This document shows positions 36,200 to 46,900 of a DNA stretch of 64,000 nucleotides, piece after piece (positions within the stretch are counted from its first letter, which is position 1; every line of letters starts with the position of its first letter). Origin of the DNA: Raillietiella orientalis (taxonomy: Eukaryota). Under the pieces are notes generated by a model. It ran no database searches and was not told the DNA's origin. It worked only from the letters and a program-made list of their open reading frames with translations. The stretch lies in the NCBI GenBank assembly GCA_036172245.1, contig JAYWIR010000031.1:434001-498000 (forward strand). The letters run 5' to 3'. The translations under genes were made by a program, and so were the position numbers.

Positions 36200-38540
36200 G
36201 CCCTTTGTGATATCTGAATGGGAAAACAAGAACGCCTTCACCGGTGATGTCTGGAGTCTTCCGAGACATGCCCCTGGGACCAGCAGTGAGAACGCAAAAT
36301 GCCAGAAGCAGAAAGATATCTGGTGCAAGGTTCCGGACGAATTTTCAGGAATTTCCACTCCAGCCTCGTTTTCTGTTGATTCCAAGCATTAGTTAAATCA
36401 TGTATTCACGGTTTTTGCTGGGGAAAAATTAAGGAGGAGGGGGTGAGTTGAAGAGAAGGACGTGGAGATTTGCTCCAAAACAAGAGAGTTCTCGAGAAGC
36501 AGAAGTCACACAAATTACCATTGTGGAAAGCATGCTCTTGCCAGCAGGAGGAGGAGAACCGTTTCTGGAGCAATATCTCTTGCCTCTAATGCCACTTGGC
36601 ATTTCAGGTGGAGAGCTGTTTTCTAGAGAGAACCATTCAGAAATTTTCCTGTCCATCAAGATGAGATCAAAAGGGAACACGGCTTGTTTCGCCTCGGCCG
36701 GAATTCGGCCTGAGGAACGAGGATGTGATGTCTGCTTGAGAGAACGCAGCATCCGTTGCAGCATCCGTTCCTCGCCAGGCGTGCGTTTGAAGATTCTCTC
36801 CTCAGAGAAGCGAGGAAAGCGACGCCTGCGGCCAAGCCCGCGAAAAGACGCATTTCCTGTGGACGTGAGCTGTATTTATTGACCAGAAGTCTCCAGAACA
36901 AGAACTCTGACAACAGCGAAGCTGTGCGTCCTGTGCGGGCGAGCAGCAACCATCATGGGTTTCGAGCCGCCTCAAGCATCCTCCCGCTGAGCGGGTGGGG
37001 CACCTCACACGATAACGAGGGAGCCTTTGCTTGACCCTGGCGACACGTCAGAAACATTGCTGATGGGATGCAAGCAGAATCCCCTTAGGGAAAGGGTTGT
37101 GATTCCAGATGGTTCCCCAAGTTCTTAGGCACAAGCACAGCTCTTGCCCTGCTTCGAGATCAAGGCTTTCGCACCGGCACAGACGGCTCCCAGCTACTTC
37201 TGGGAAGCTCGGAAAAGGCGTAGCAAGTGAGGTGACCTGGTCGTTGCCCCTGGCGAAGAATCTCGAGTCCTGCAGCTGCGCCCTGCGACAAGTGTACGTG
37301 GGAGTGTGGTGGAGCCGGGACCCGGTGTGGGCAACCCAGAAACCCCGAATCCCTTTTTCCCAAACAAGGAGGTGCGCTTTGGGACGATGCGGACTCTTTG
37401 CTGGAGCGACCGCCATCAATCAACACTTCGTCTCAGAGATCGTGACTTTCGAAACGGCGCCAGTTTGCACTCTTTCGCAGCGCCACTTGCTGGCTCCACC
37501 ACGAGCACGGCGCCGTGAAGGCGCCACTCGCAGGCCTTGCCTAAAGGGAGGAGCGAGGAAAGAAGAATGCGGTGTCCAGGGACCGAGTCTGCAGTCATTG
37601 GCGTTTTTTCTGGGGTCCAGACTCTGCCGGCTGAGGACACCACCGCTCGGGTGCGTCATTTTCCTCGGCGAAGCCCTCGCGGGCCGCCTGAAAGAGTGGC
37701 TCCCTGGCGCGCGGAGCGGGAAAGACGTCCTGGCATTCCAGCTTCCCTGGATCAATCCGGCAGCGTTCAGAGCAGCTTAGAGGAAGTGAGAAGGGGACGA
37801 GGGAAGCGCAGATGGATCTGACCTGCCTAAGCGCAGTGCGAGGCCAGCAACGCCAACCCCTTCTCCTCGAGTAGCAGGAGCTGGCGTTGCTGGTCTTGCA
37901 TGGGAGAATCCCATGCAAAGCGTGTCTTCTCCACTGGACACGATGAAACGTGGATGCAGACTGTGACAGGTTCGGGGGAGGGAGACCCATCCGCTCACCT
38001 GCTTCTAGACTATGCTGACCTTCGACTCCTCGAATCCTGGTGGGCGGCCCCTGGAAACATTTTGAAACGCCTCTTCGTGCGTGCCGCTATGCACTGCCAC
38101 CCGCGTTCCTCAGAGTTCACCACTGCCTTCGCGGGTAGCGGCAGGCTGGAACGCAGTAAGAAGAGGCCAGAATGATAGGGACGCCATCTACTCGAGGACC
38201 GCCACGAGATGACCCCACCTGGGGAACACCCAGAGCAATCTCTCCAGCATCCTGGACAGAATGCAGAGGACACCTGGAAGCAAACTGTGATGCCTTCCTC
38301 AAATTGCCCCACCTCCCCCCCCCCGAGAACTTTTCCGCCCTTTTTGCTTTTTGTTTCTTTTTGCTTTCGGTTTTCCCTTCTTCGGAAGTGGATCCCGCCG
38401 GTCTGCGTACCGTCATTTGGCAGGCTCCATGCGTTTCCTTTCTCGCACGTGGTAGGACCACGTTTTCTACCACATGAATGCATTTTTACTATTATATTGT
38501 ATCAAAAGTGTCCCGGAAACACCGGGTGAAAGACCTAAGC
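36200..38540 (+). mobile_element. Longer decayed family-2 Tx1-like ORF2 remnant with 3' end
   Basis: Degenerate RT-like MLLPAGGG...YLLPL (cf. LLPKGG...WRPI) and a zinc-motif region at 37890-38050 homologous to 13540-13720. A T-rich 3' UTR and hairpin module lie at 38390-38535. The 5' boundary is uncertain. Confidence 0.65.
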
Positions 38541-38949
38541 AGCTCGGATTAGGCGGGGACTAACCAAACGCATGTCCTACTTGCTGACGCTTACTTGCTA
38601 CTTGCTGGTCTTCGGTCCTGGTAGCCAACCATGCCAGTTTGAGGCACTGTAGCCTCCAGTTAAGATAAATGGCTGCCTTGGTGCAAGAAAACACCTGGAT
38701 CGCCTGCCCCCCCGCGGAATGCACTGCCTTGCTGCAGGAGTCAGCCTCCGCATGGGGAAAGATCCATGGCTCGTGGGAGGCGGAGTGTGCCTGCCTGCGG
38801 CGATGCAGATGCGCTCGAAACCCGCTGCAGGAGATCGTATGCAACCCATGCTGCCCGCTGTGGGCTTCGTTTATCCCACTTGCCCTAGTGTTGCTCTTCT
38901 TAAAAGATGCAAAGGATAGCAACCTTCCGGCAAGGTGATAGGTGTCCTG

Positions 38950-39830
38950 CATCCAAGGCAAGAAGAAACTTCTGTGCGCCTGGACAACTCATCGGCTTAC
39001 GGACGCTGCAACTCCGACTGCCCCACCCCAAAGACTTCTACGCTAGAGAGAGCTGCGGGACATCCCTCCGGAGGAGGTGAAGCGGTCCCCAAAGTGCTGG
39101 AACAGCGGCACCCAACCCCTAAAGTGGCAGGAGTTGGCGTTGCTGGTACTGCATGGAGGGATCCCGTGCAAAGCGCGCCTTGGCCACTGGACACGGGGAA
39201 GCGTGGATGCTCATTGCGACAAGTGCGGGAAGAGGGAAACACCCTCCTAAACCTGCTGTTGGACCGATCTTTGTCCCCTTTGGGATCGCTTCTTGACGAC
39301 CCTTGGAATCCCGATTGGGGGCCCCAGGGGCATTTTCAGACGCCTCTTCGCGCGTGCCACAATGACGCCAGCTGCGTCCCTTGCAGTACTCTGCTGTCTT
39401 CGGGTGATCGTGGTGGCGTGGATGGCCAGAAGAAGAGGACGAAACAAAAGGAACACCATCCACTGAGCGCAGATCTTCCTGAGGACCACCTCGAGTTGAC
39501 CCCACCTGGGTAACCTTAGGACAGAACTTGTCAGTATCCTGGACAGGATGTCGAAAACATCTCCCAGAGAATTCTGATCTCATCCTTGGTCCTCTCCTCC
39601 TCTCCAGTAAAACCTTTCCATCCGTTCTTCTCTTTTTTTCTTGTTTCTTTTTGTTTTTCCTGGTTTTCCCTTCCCCGTTGGTGTGAAAACAGACCTCGCC
39701 ACTCCACGTACCGGTCATGGCAATTTCCGAGTACGCGTTGCAACCAAGTGTTCCACTACATTTGAACATTTTAGTGTACTTTTATGAATTTTTAATAATG
39801 AGTACTCCGGAAAAAGTGGATGGAAAACTT
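38950..39830 (+). mobile_element. Family-2 Tx1-like 3' fragment
   Basis: 39110-39560 is homologous to 37850-38290 (GTrGCAGGAGyTGGCGTTGCTGGT..., CCACTGGACACG, CDKCG) and is followed by a T-rich UTR. Confidence 0.78.
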
Positions 39831-40739
39831 CCTGGTGCAGAACCAGGTAGACTTTTCCGTTGGGGGACGACAGCTTCCTTGCGTGCCGCTCACGAAATGC
39901 CTATGGGAGCTCTGGATTTGCTTCCAGGCGTGATTTCGCCGCGCATGTGTTGCTCAGGAAACTCTCTGATGGATGTTCGGCGAGCCTCCTTTCAGGTGTG
40001 CGCCTTCGTCAGATTCGCAACGGGTGGAACTCGACGCGGAAGCCGCTCGCCGAGAACCCGCCTGGTTCCGCTGGTGCCGAGGTCTCGGCGAAGACACCGA
40101 CACGCCATGGGTGAGCGGCAGTCCGTCCGAGCGGTTCCGGAAAACACCGCGCCCAGGAACATCCCCGTTCGAAGCTCGTGCGAACTCTTCCGGGAATCCC
40201 GTCCACCTGACAAACGATGGTGGAAGTTCATCTGCAGAGAGCCATCTTCCTTCCTTCCTTCGAGATTTCCTCGGACAGAACCAGCTCGGGCGGGCTGGAC
40301 CGTGAACTCCAGCATCTCCACCGCGAGAAAGGCATCGTCTTGCTCTTTCGTGCTCCCTCTGGGAAGAGCAGCGAATGCGCCCGGCAACAGCCGCGCAGCC
40401 CACGGTGTGATAGGCTGATTGGGGCAGCTTCCCCTCACCCGCCACCGGGATTCATCACGCCGTAGGAAGCGAAGAAATCAGTGTCGCCTGCTTGGAAAAC
40501 GCACCATTGGTTTCTCTGTTGCTCAGCTTACTTACCCGTTGTCAACGGCTGGACGTAAACATCATCTCCCATCATGACGATTTCAAATCCTGATGAGCAT
40601 TCTTAAGCGGATTTCAACACTTACACCTGAGAAAAAAAGGGAAAAAAAGGAGGGAAGGAAAAGAGAAGGAAGCAACGCTGTTCCGCTCACCCCTTCTTCC
40701 AAAGCTACGTATCATTCTTTTTCCAAGAAATCTCCACTC

Positions 40740-41580
40740 TTGGATGCCCCCCGCAGGATGTCTGACCTTGCGCAATAGCTAGAGGACCCTGCGACCCCGA
40801 TTGTCCCGAAGAAAGGACTATTCTGGGGTGAGCTGCTCGCGATACCTCCTCAGGAGGTCGAGTGGCCCCCAGCGTGTTGGGACAATGGCACCCTCCCCCT
40901 CAAGTGGCAGGAGGTGGCATAGCTGGTGTTGCATTAGGGAATTCCGTGCAAAGTACTCCATCATTGGACACGGGGGAGTGTGGATGCCCGGCGACAAAGA
41001 GACCTTGCCGCACCTTCTGCTGAGCTGCGCCGCCCTTCGACCCCTCTGGGATCGTCTGTCGACGATCCTAGATATTCCTAAAGGCGGTCCCAGGGAAATT
41101 TTCAAGCTCCTCTTCGTTGGTTCCTATCTACCGCTAGCCGCGTCCCTTGCAGCTCTCTGCCGCGTCCGCGGAATCGCGGCGGCCTCGAACGCGGCACGAA
41201 GAGAGCGGAATTGCAGTGGCGCCGTCCGCTGAGCACGGATCTTTTTAAGGACCGCATCCAGATGGCCTCACCTGGGCAACATGAGAACACAACTTGTTGG
41301 CATCCTGGACAGGATGCAGAGGACGTCTCCAGGCGAACAATGATCCCTTACACTCCCCCCCTTTCCTTCCTCCCCAGGAAACATCTCCCCATTTTCCCAT
41401 CTTTTTTGTTTGTGATCTTCTCTCTCTCTTCGCCGAGGAGACGGACCTCGCCGGTCTACAGACCGGTGGCTGACAGGTTGCAATGACGTGTTGAACCAAG
41501 CGGTTCCCCATAGGAGCATTTCATTATATTTTTACTATTTTTAGAACAAATATTCCGACAAATGTCCGGGTGACAAACCT
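40740..41580 (+). mobile_element. Family-2 Tx1-like 3' fragment
   Basis: Encodes KETLPHLLLSCAALRPLWDRLSTIL and carries the CATCCTGGACAGGATGCAGAGGAC block shared with the other copies. The 3' hairpin module is at 41444-41578. Confidence 0.8.
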
Positions 41581-42384
41581 CGCTCAGCAGAAGCGCACCG
41601 GCTCCGACAGTTCAAAATTCGGAGCGGGGTTCCCTCGGGTGATTTCCCGAGCAATCTGGCATTGGAAGCGGGGACGCTGCCTCTCTCCTTGTCAGGCCCA
41701 CGCACATTGTGAAGATTTCTCTTATCTTCATTTGTTTGCTCATCCTCTGCTTCCGGAGGATTTGAAGGCTCAAAGGAGAGATATGGGCCGAACGTTGACC
41801 TAAAGCCCATCCGCGAAGTGTTCCGCTAAGCCCGCCGATGGGCTCTTGGGTTTTTAGGATGCTCGGAAGACACGGGAAGACTGGCTGCGAAGGAGGATTT
41901 CCGCGGATCTGCCTGCCACCGAGGCACCTGGCACACCCAACCCCACCTTTTCGGAGGAATCGAGAACCGTGGCGGCTTTCCCTCGCAGTGGGGGAGTCCC
42001 CGAAGAGGGAGGAAATGAACAGGCAAAGAGCGAACCCGTGATGGCGTCGGATCAGTAGCATTGAGCCTCGCCCGGATTCGTAGCCGCCAGCAGGAGCGCA
42101 AGAGGACGAGATGTCCCTGGAACGAGACCTGCGGTCGATACTGCGCAATCTTGATGGGCATTCCAGAGGGTCACCAGCACATCGCGGTCCGTTCGCAAAT
42201 CTTGAGCAGGGCGATGCGGATGCGGCTTGCCAGTTATCTGAGTGTTTGGATGCTCATTTTTTTCTTTTTTCTTTTCGGTTCTCAAGGAATTCTGAAAAAG
42301 CCGTTCGCCTCCTTATGGGGGGGCTCAAAAAGCTCTTTAATACTGTCCACGCCACCCGAGAGTGTGTGTGACTATTCATGATAG

Positions 42385-42990
42385 GGTTTATCACCCGGAC
42401 ACGCCGGAGCGTTTTTTATAAAAAATAAACATCCATGTGTAGGGCCATTGACCCTACATTGTCCGAAAATGCTCGGAACACGCCGAGTGACCGGCATACA
42501 GGCCGGCGAGGGTCGCCTCGGCAGCGGAGGGGAGGAGGGGCGAACAAAAATAAAAATAAAATAACAATCAATAAAAGAAAACTCTGAGGCGCAAGGGAAG
42601 GGATCATCCGGTGCTGGAGAGCGTCCTACTGGAGGGCATCCTTTCCAGGATGCCGGCAAGTTCCATCCGAGTATGCCCAAGGGCCATCTTATTGCCGACC
42701 GCAGGAGGCGCAGGGCGAAGCAGATGGTGTCCCCATCGCGCTCGTCCTCCTCCCCCGTGGCTCAAGACCTCCACAACCTTGAGTAGTCAGCAGCAAAGAG
42801 CTGATGGGGGTATGGCAGACGAAAGAGAACCGCCTACGAAGAGGCGCTTCGTCGCGTACCTGGAACTGTCTGTCTGTGCATCAAGGGCCGTTGCGTAAGA
42901 CAACCAAAGGGGTCAGAGGGCAACAAAATCTAGGAGCAGGTGCGGGAGGGATTCCCGTTCTCCACACTTGAGACAGTTGGGGTCAACAGC
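42385..42990 (-). mobile_element. Family-2 Tx1-like 3' fragment
   Basis: The reverse strand encodes PNCLKCGERESLPHLLLDF and carries GAACTTGCCGGCATCCT and the 3' hairpin module (42385-42515). Confidence 0.8.
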
Positions 42991-43004
42991 CCAAGAAAGA
43001 AGGT

Positions 43005-43075
43005 TCCCCGAGAGGGGGCCACCCTATGAACCCAGGAAGGGCTCTGGAGGAAGGGCTCTGTTCCTCTCTGATCCT
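43005..43075 (+). mobile_element. Family-2 5'-region fragment
   Basis: CCACCCTATGAAyCCAGGAAGG...GGAAGGG matches 12915-12975. Confidence 0.7.
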
Positions 43076-43114
43076 TGGTAGCAAACCCCGAACAGAACCC
43101 TCGCGCTGGTTGCC

Positions 43115-43205
43115 TCCGATTTCCGCCCGGACATGCCGGTGACGTTTCTTAAAATTAAAAACAAACTCACAAATTGTGGCAGGACGCGTGGTCCTACCAC
43201 GTCCA
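43115..43205 (-). mobile_element. Isolated family-2 3' terminus (~90 bp)
   Basis: The reverse strand reads CGTGGTAGGACCACGCGTCCTGCCAC, an AT-rich spacer, then CCGGCATGTCCGGG, matching 38448-38526. Confidence 0.7.
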
Positions 43206-43219
43206 TCCCTCCCTCACCT

Positions 43220-43765
43220 CCTAGTGTTGCCCTCCGGCCCCTTTGGGAACGCTTTGTCGCGACCCTTGGAACCCCCAACAGTAACTCCAGAGACGTTTGA
43301 AAACGCCTCTTCCTGAGCGACTCCCGCACGCCGGCAGAATCCCCAGCAGCACTTTGCTGCCCATGCGTCGAGACTGTGGTTGCATGGAGCAACTTCAGAG
43401 GAGGCCAGAACGACAGGGACGCCATCTATTTCTGCTGTCCTCTTCATGAGAACAGCGTCAAGATGGCCTTATCTGGGAGTCTTGAAACAGGAAATTGCTG
43501 GCATCCTTACAGGGGTGCAGAGGATGCCCTCTAGCAAACAGTGATTCCTTCCTGAATCCCCTCATTTTTTGACTGTATGTTTCTTGTTTTATTTTATTTT
43601 TTTTGTTTGTCTCCCTTTCCCCTGTGCTGCCGAAGCAAACCCGCTGGCCTGCGTGCCAGTTCCCTTCAGGTTCCTTCTCGTATTTATAAGTGACGTGGCA
43701 GGATCAAACGTCGTGCCACAGACATGTATGTTGATTTTATAAATAAACGCCCTGCGTGATCGGGT
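43220..43765 (+). mobile_element. Family-2 Tx1-like 3' fragment
   Basis: Very similar to 13635-14080; the 3' UTR has AATAAA at 43742-43747. Confidence 0.85.
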
Positions 43766-43935
43766 GTCCACCGGTGCCGCCGCACCCGAATCAGCCATTC
43801 AGCATCGTTTTGCGGGGGGAAATCGAAACCCAGACACATTCCCCATTTCTCGGCGTCGATCCCGTGGGGATTCGAACCCACGACGTCCGGTGCAGCGCGC
43901 GCGGGGACCACGGCCACACGGCGGGCAGCGCGGGC
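43765..43935 (-). mobile_element. tRNA-derived (SINE-head-like) unit, copy 3
   Basis: The minus strand has the T-arm GTGGGTTCGAATCCCCAC plus a second TGGGTTTCGATTTCC. Highly similar to 30755-30830. Confidence 0.7.
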
Positions 43936-46900
43936 ATCTTCCATCCATTCGGCCATGCTCTACCAAAGGGAGGAGGACTGTCTCTGAAAATCATTTCCTC
44001 CTCTTTGCCGCTCCGTTTGCTGCGACTCCCTCTTAACCGTGAGTTTCGGAGCGGCGTGCTCGGAAATCGATATTTCGGGATGCGGGATATCTGGAGGCTT
44101 CGCTTTCCGGGAAGCGCGCGAGCGGTTCTCGGAAGCTCCCGCGCAGGGGCCGACGGTGACTCAAAGGGGTTTTTTCCTCGGGATTTCCCCCTTCCGTTCC
44201 GCCGCTCGCTTGCTCGCGCATGGGCAAAGTCACGGAGAGAGGCGGCGTAAGGAAGCTGCGCTGGGAGAGCGACCCCTGCGCCGCCGGCGACGGGTGTTTT
44301 CGGCGGCGACAGCCTCGCCCTCCGTCCTTGCAGCAACGCTCTCGGGGGGCGCGGGAGCGACAGGTCGAAAGAGCGAACTGGCGAGAGGAAGGGCGTGCTC
44401 CAGGAAGTGACTCATTGCGTCTCCTCCCCTCGCTCCTGCCTGGGAGCGCTCGCCCTACGTCCCCCCGTTTCAGAACGCGGAACGTCGTCTGGCGTCCTGG
44501 TTCGGAACCCGATGCCGAACTCGCTGCCCCGCTCCTCTTCGCCAGGAGAGTGAAGAACGAGAAGGAAAAAGGGAATGACGATATCGGTACCGCTGCGGGG
44601 AGCTCGTCGGGGGAAAATGGAACTCGTGTCGCCGGGTCCACCACCTCGCTCCCGAGTGAGATGAATTCACTGGTTTCTTCTTCCTTGTTGTGCCGGGAGC
44701 CAGTGTCGTCTCTTCCGCGCAGCCATCCGCGGCTTCGGCGTCCGTGATGGATGCTCACGAGGCACAAAATCGATTCTGGATCCGAAGAGTGAATGATGGC
44801 GGCAGTTCAAAGGGAAGGTGCGAAAGATTTCGAGCGATTTTTCATCTTTCGCGCAGATTTGAGCCTGAAGGGAAATAAATCTGAGCTTCCCCCCTACGCG
44901 AGGCAGCGGGAGCACCGGCGGACGAAGGCGAACCAGAGGGCAGGACAGGAGCGCGGCGGCACGGCGCTAAGGGATGGAAACACCAATGGAAACAAAACGT
45001 GCTGCTCGCGGGTTCTCGGTTGCTCCTCGGAAACCGGGGCCGCGCTCCATCTCCTGAAAATCTCGGCCTCCGCCATCGCCTGGGCAGTTCAGGAGGGCCG
45101 TCCTGAGACCGTCACGCCTCGAAAGCTGCCTGCGGTCTTTTCGAGTCCTCGGACCCTGGCGTGGCCAATTCCTGAAGTCCCCATCTCTAAAAGCGTTGCA
45201 GGGAAACGACGCTTCCCTCTTTGAGCATGCTCGGCTGTGCCCTTCGTGGACGTAGGAGAGAGTGAGCTGGAAAGTTGGGATCCTTTCGTAGGCGTACCAC
45301 AGAGGAGCATCCGGCTCTCCAAGAGGCAGGAGTCGGAAACATACAGCGACCTCTCGCTAGTGCTCCAGGAGCAAACTGGGTTCTCTCAGGATGCTTGTTC
45401 TCCCTTTCCTTCCATCCTCTCTTACAAAATCATCCCCTCCGTCTGGAGAATGGATCAGCTATCAGGGAGCACGGGATCAGATTCTTCTCTGAATTTGCTT
45501 TCCGAAAAAAAAAATAAAAATCAGAAGCCACCTGACTTCCTACGGGAGATCTGCAGGCGCCCACGCTGCATGCTTAAAAGATCCTACAGCATCCTACAGC
45601 ATCACCCAACATCTGGCATGGCCACGGAGTGACTCACCCGTAGGACGGCCACCCGGCGAATGAGCCAGCCCTTCGTCCATTTCTCTGCACATGTCGGAGA
45701 ATATCCTCTAGCACCGCCGCGAAGGATGGTAATGGGTCACTCTGATAATGAGGACCGAGGACCACAATCCTTTCTCAAAGGCGCGTAGGCGCACCAGTCT
45801 CCACTCCGTCATCATTCTCGTCGTACCTCGGTGATGGGGTGACCTCTTTCGCCTGTCTTTCGAGACGAAGGAAATCGGGTGGAGTCTTTGCCCCGAACTC
45901 CCCTGACGGGACCTCCCGTGGAATCCGATCTCTGTCCTTACCAGAGAAGAAGGACTGAAATGTATGCTGGGTGTTCTCGCACGCCCAACGCGGGATGGAG
46001 TGGCACCTCCAGTCCTCGTCTCCCCGAACGTGGCTCGGACCTTCGTATTACGCGGGGAGGCATCACGGCTCCAATCAGACGGTCCAGTGAAACTTTCCCC
46101 ATCCACCTCACCCCCTACCCTTTTTTCGCCTTCCAAGATGGTTGCCAAGGGATGGGCATTCCAGCGGACTCTTTCCTCGGTGCCCTGCAGAGAGAAAGTG
46201 TCTACAGCACCAGGTAATCGTCAGTCTTTTGAACATGAAGTCGCAAGAAACTTCCTGCCACTTGGGCGCTCTCTTCTGATTTTTGAGTCTCCTCTGACAG
46301 TAACCACGAGCATCACGATGATCAAAGGGATCAGTATAGCTACGATGACCCCTAGGATGAGAGGAAGGTTTGCCTACCAGCGTCCTTAACTAGAGGAGTT
46401 CAGATTCTTCTCAGTGCTGCTCTTCTCCTCTTCTTCGTAGGAGATGCGATCCAGGCTGCAAAGCTGCATCCTGGGGGAGTTCCGCCCACTGCCAGCAATA
46501 AGAGGAGGCATTTCGTGTCTGAAGTGAGTCCTTGAACGAGCAAAGCGCCCACAGCGGGAAGAGATCAGATCGTCTTGCCCCCTTTTCTAGAGAGAGTTGT
46601 TACTCATTGCAAGAGCAAGGAATCTTTGCAAGAGTGCAGTTTCCAGCTGCTTCCTCTTTGCCGTAGCAGCAGCGCAGATTCCATGCACAGTTCAAGAGCT
46701 GTGCAGGAGCTGTCCGGTTATCGCAACCTTTGATTGTGCTGGTCCCCCGAGGCGAACTGCGGCCAGACTCAGGGAGGGTCATTGCTGAACGAAGAACGGA
46801 AGGGTCTGATTTGGTGTCCATCCACCAGGAACACCAGGGACCTTCAGGATGGAAGCGGACTGAAGAAGGGAACGAAGACACCCAGATGATCAAGAGAGGG

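Noticed and set aside
38500..38540. Helitron-type 3' terminus (hairpin followed by CTRR-like bases)
   Set aside because: CTRR is not conserved across the copies, and the upstream sequence is LINE ORF2-derived.
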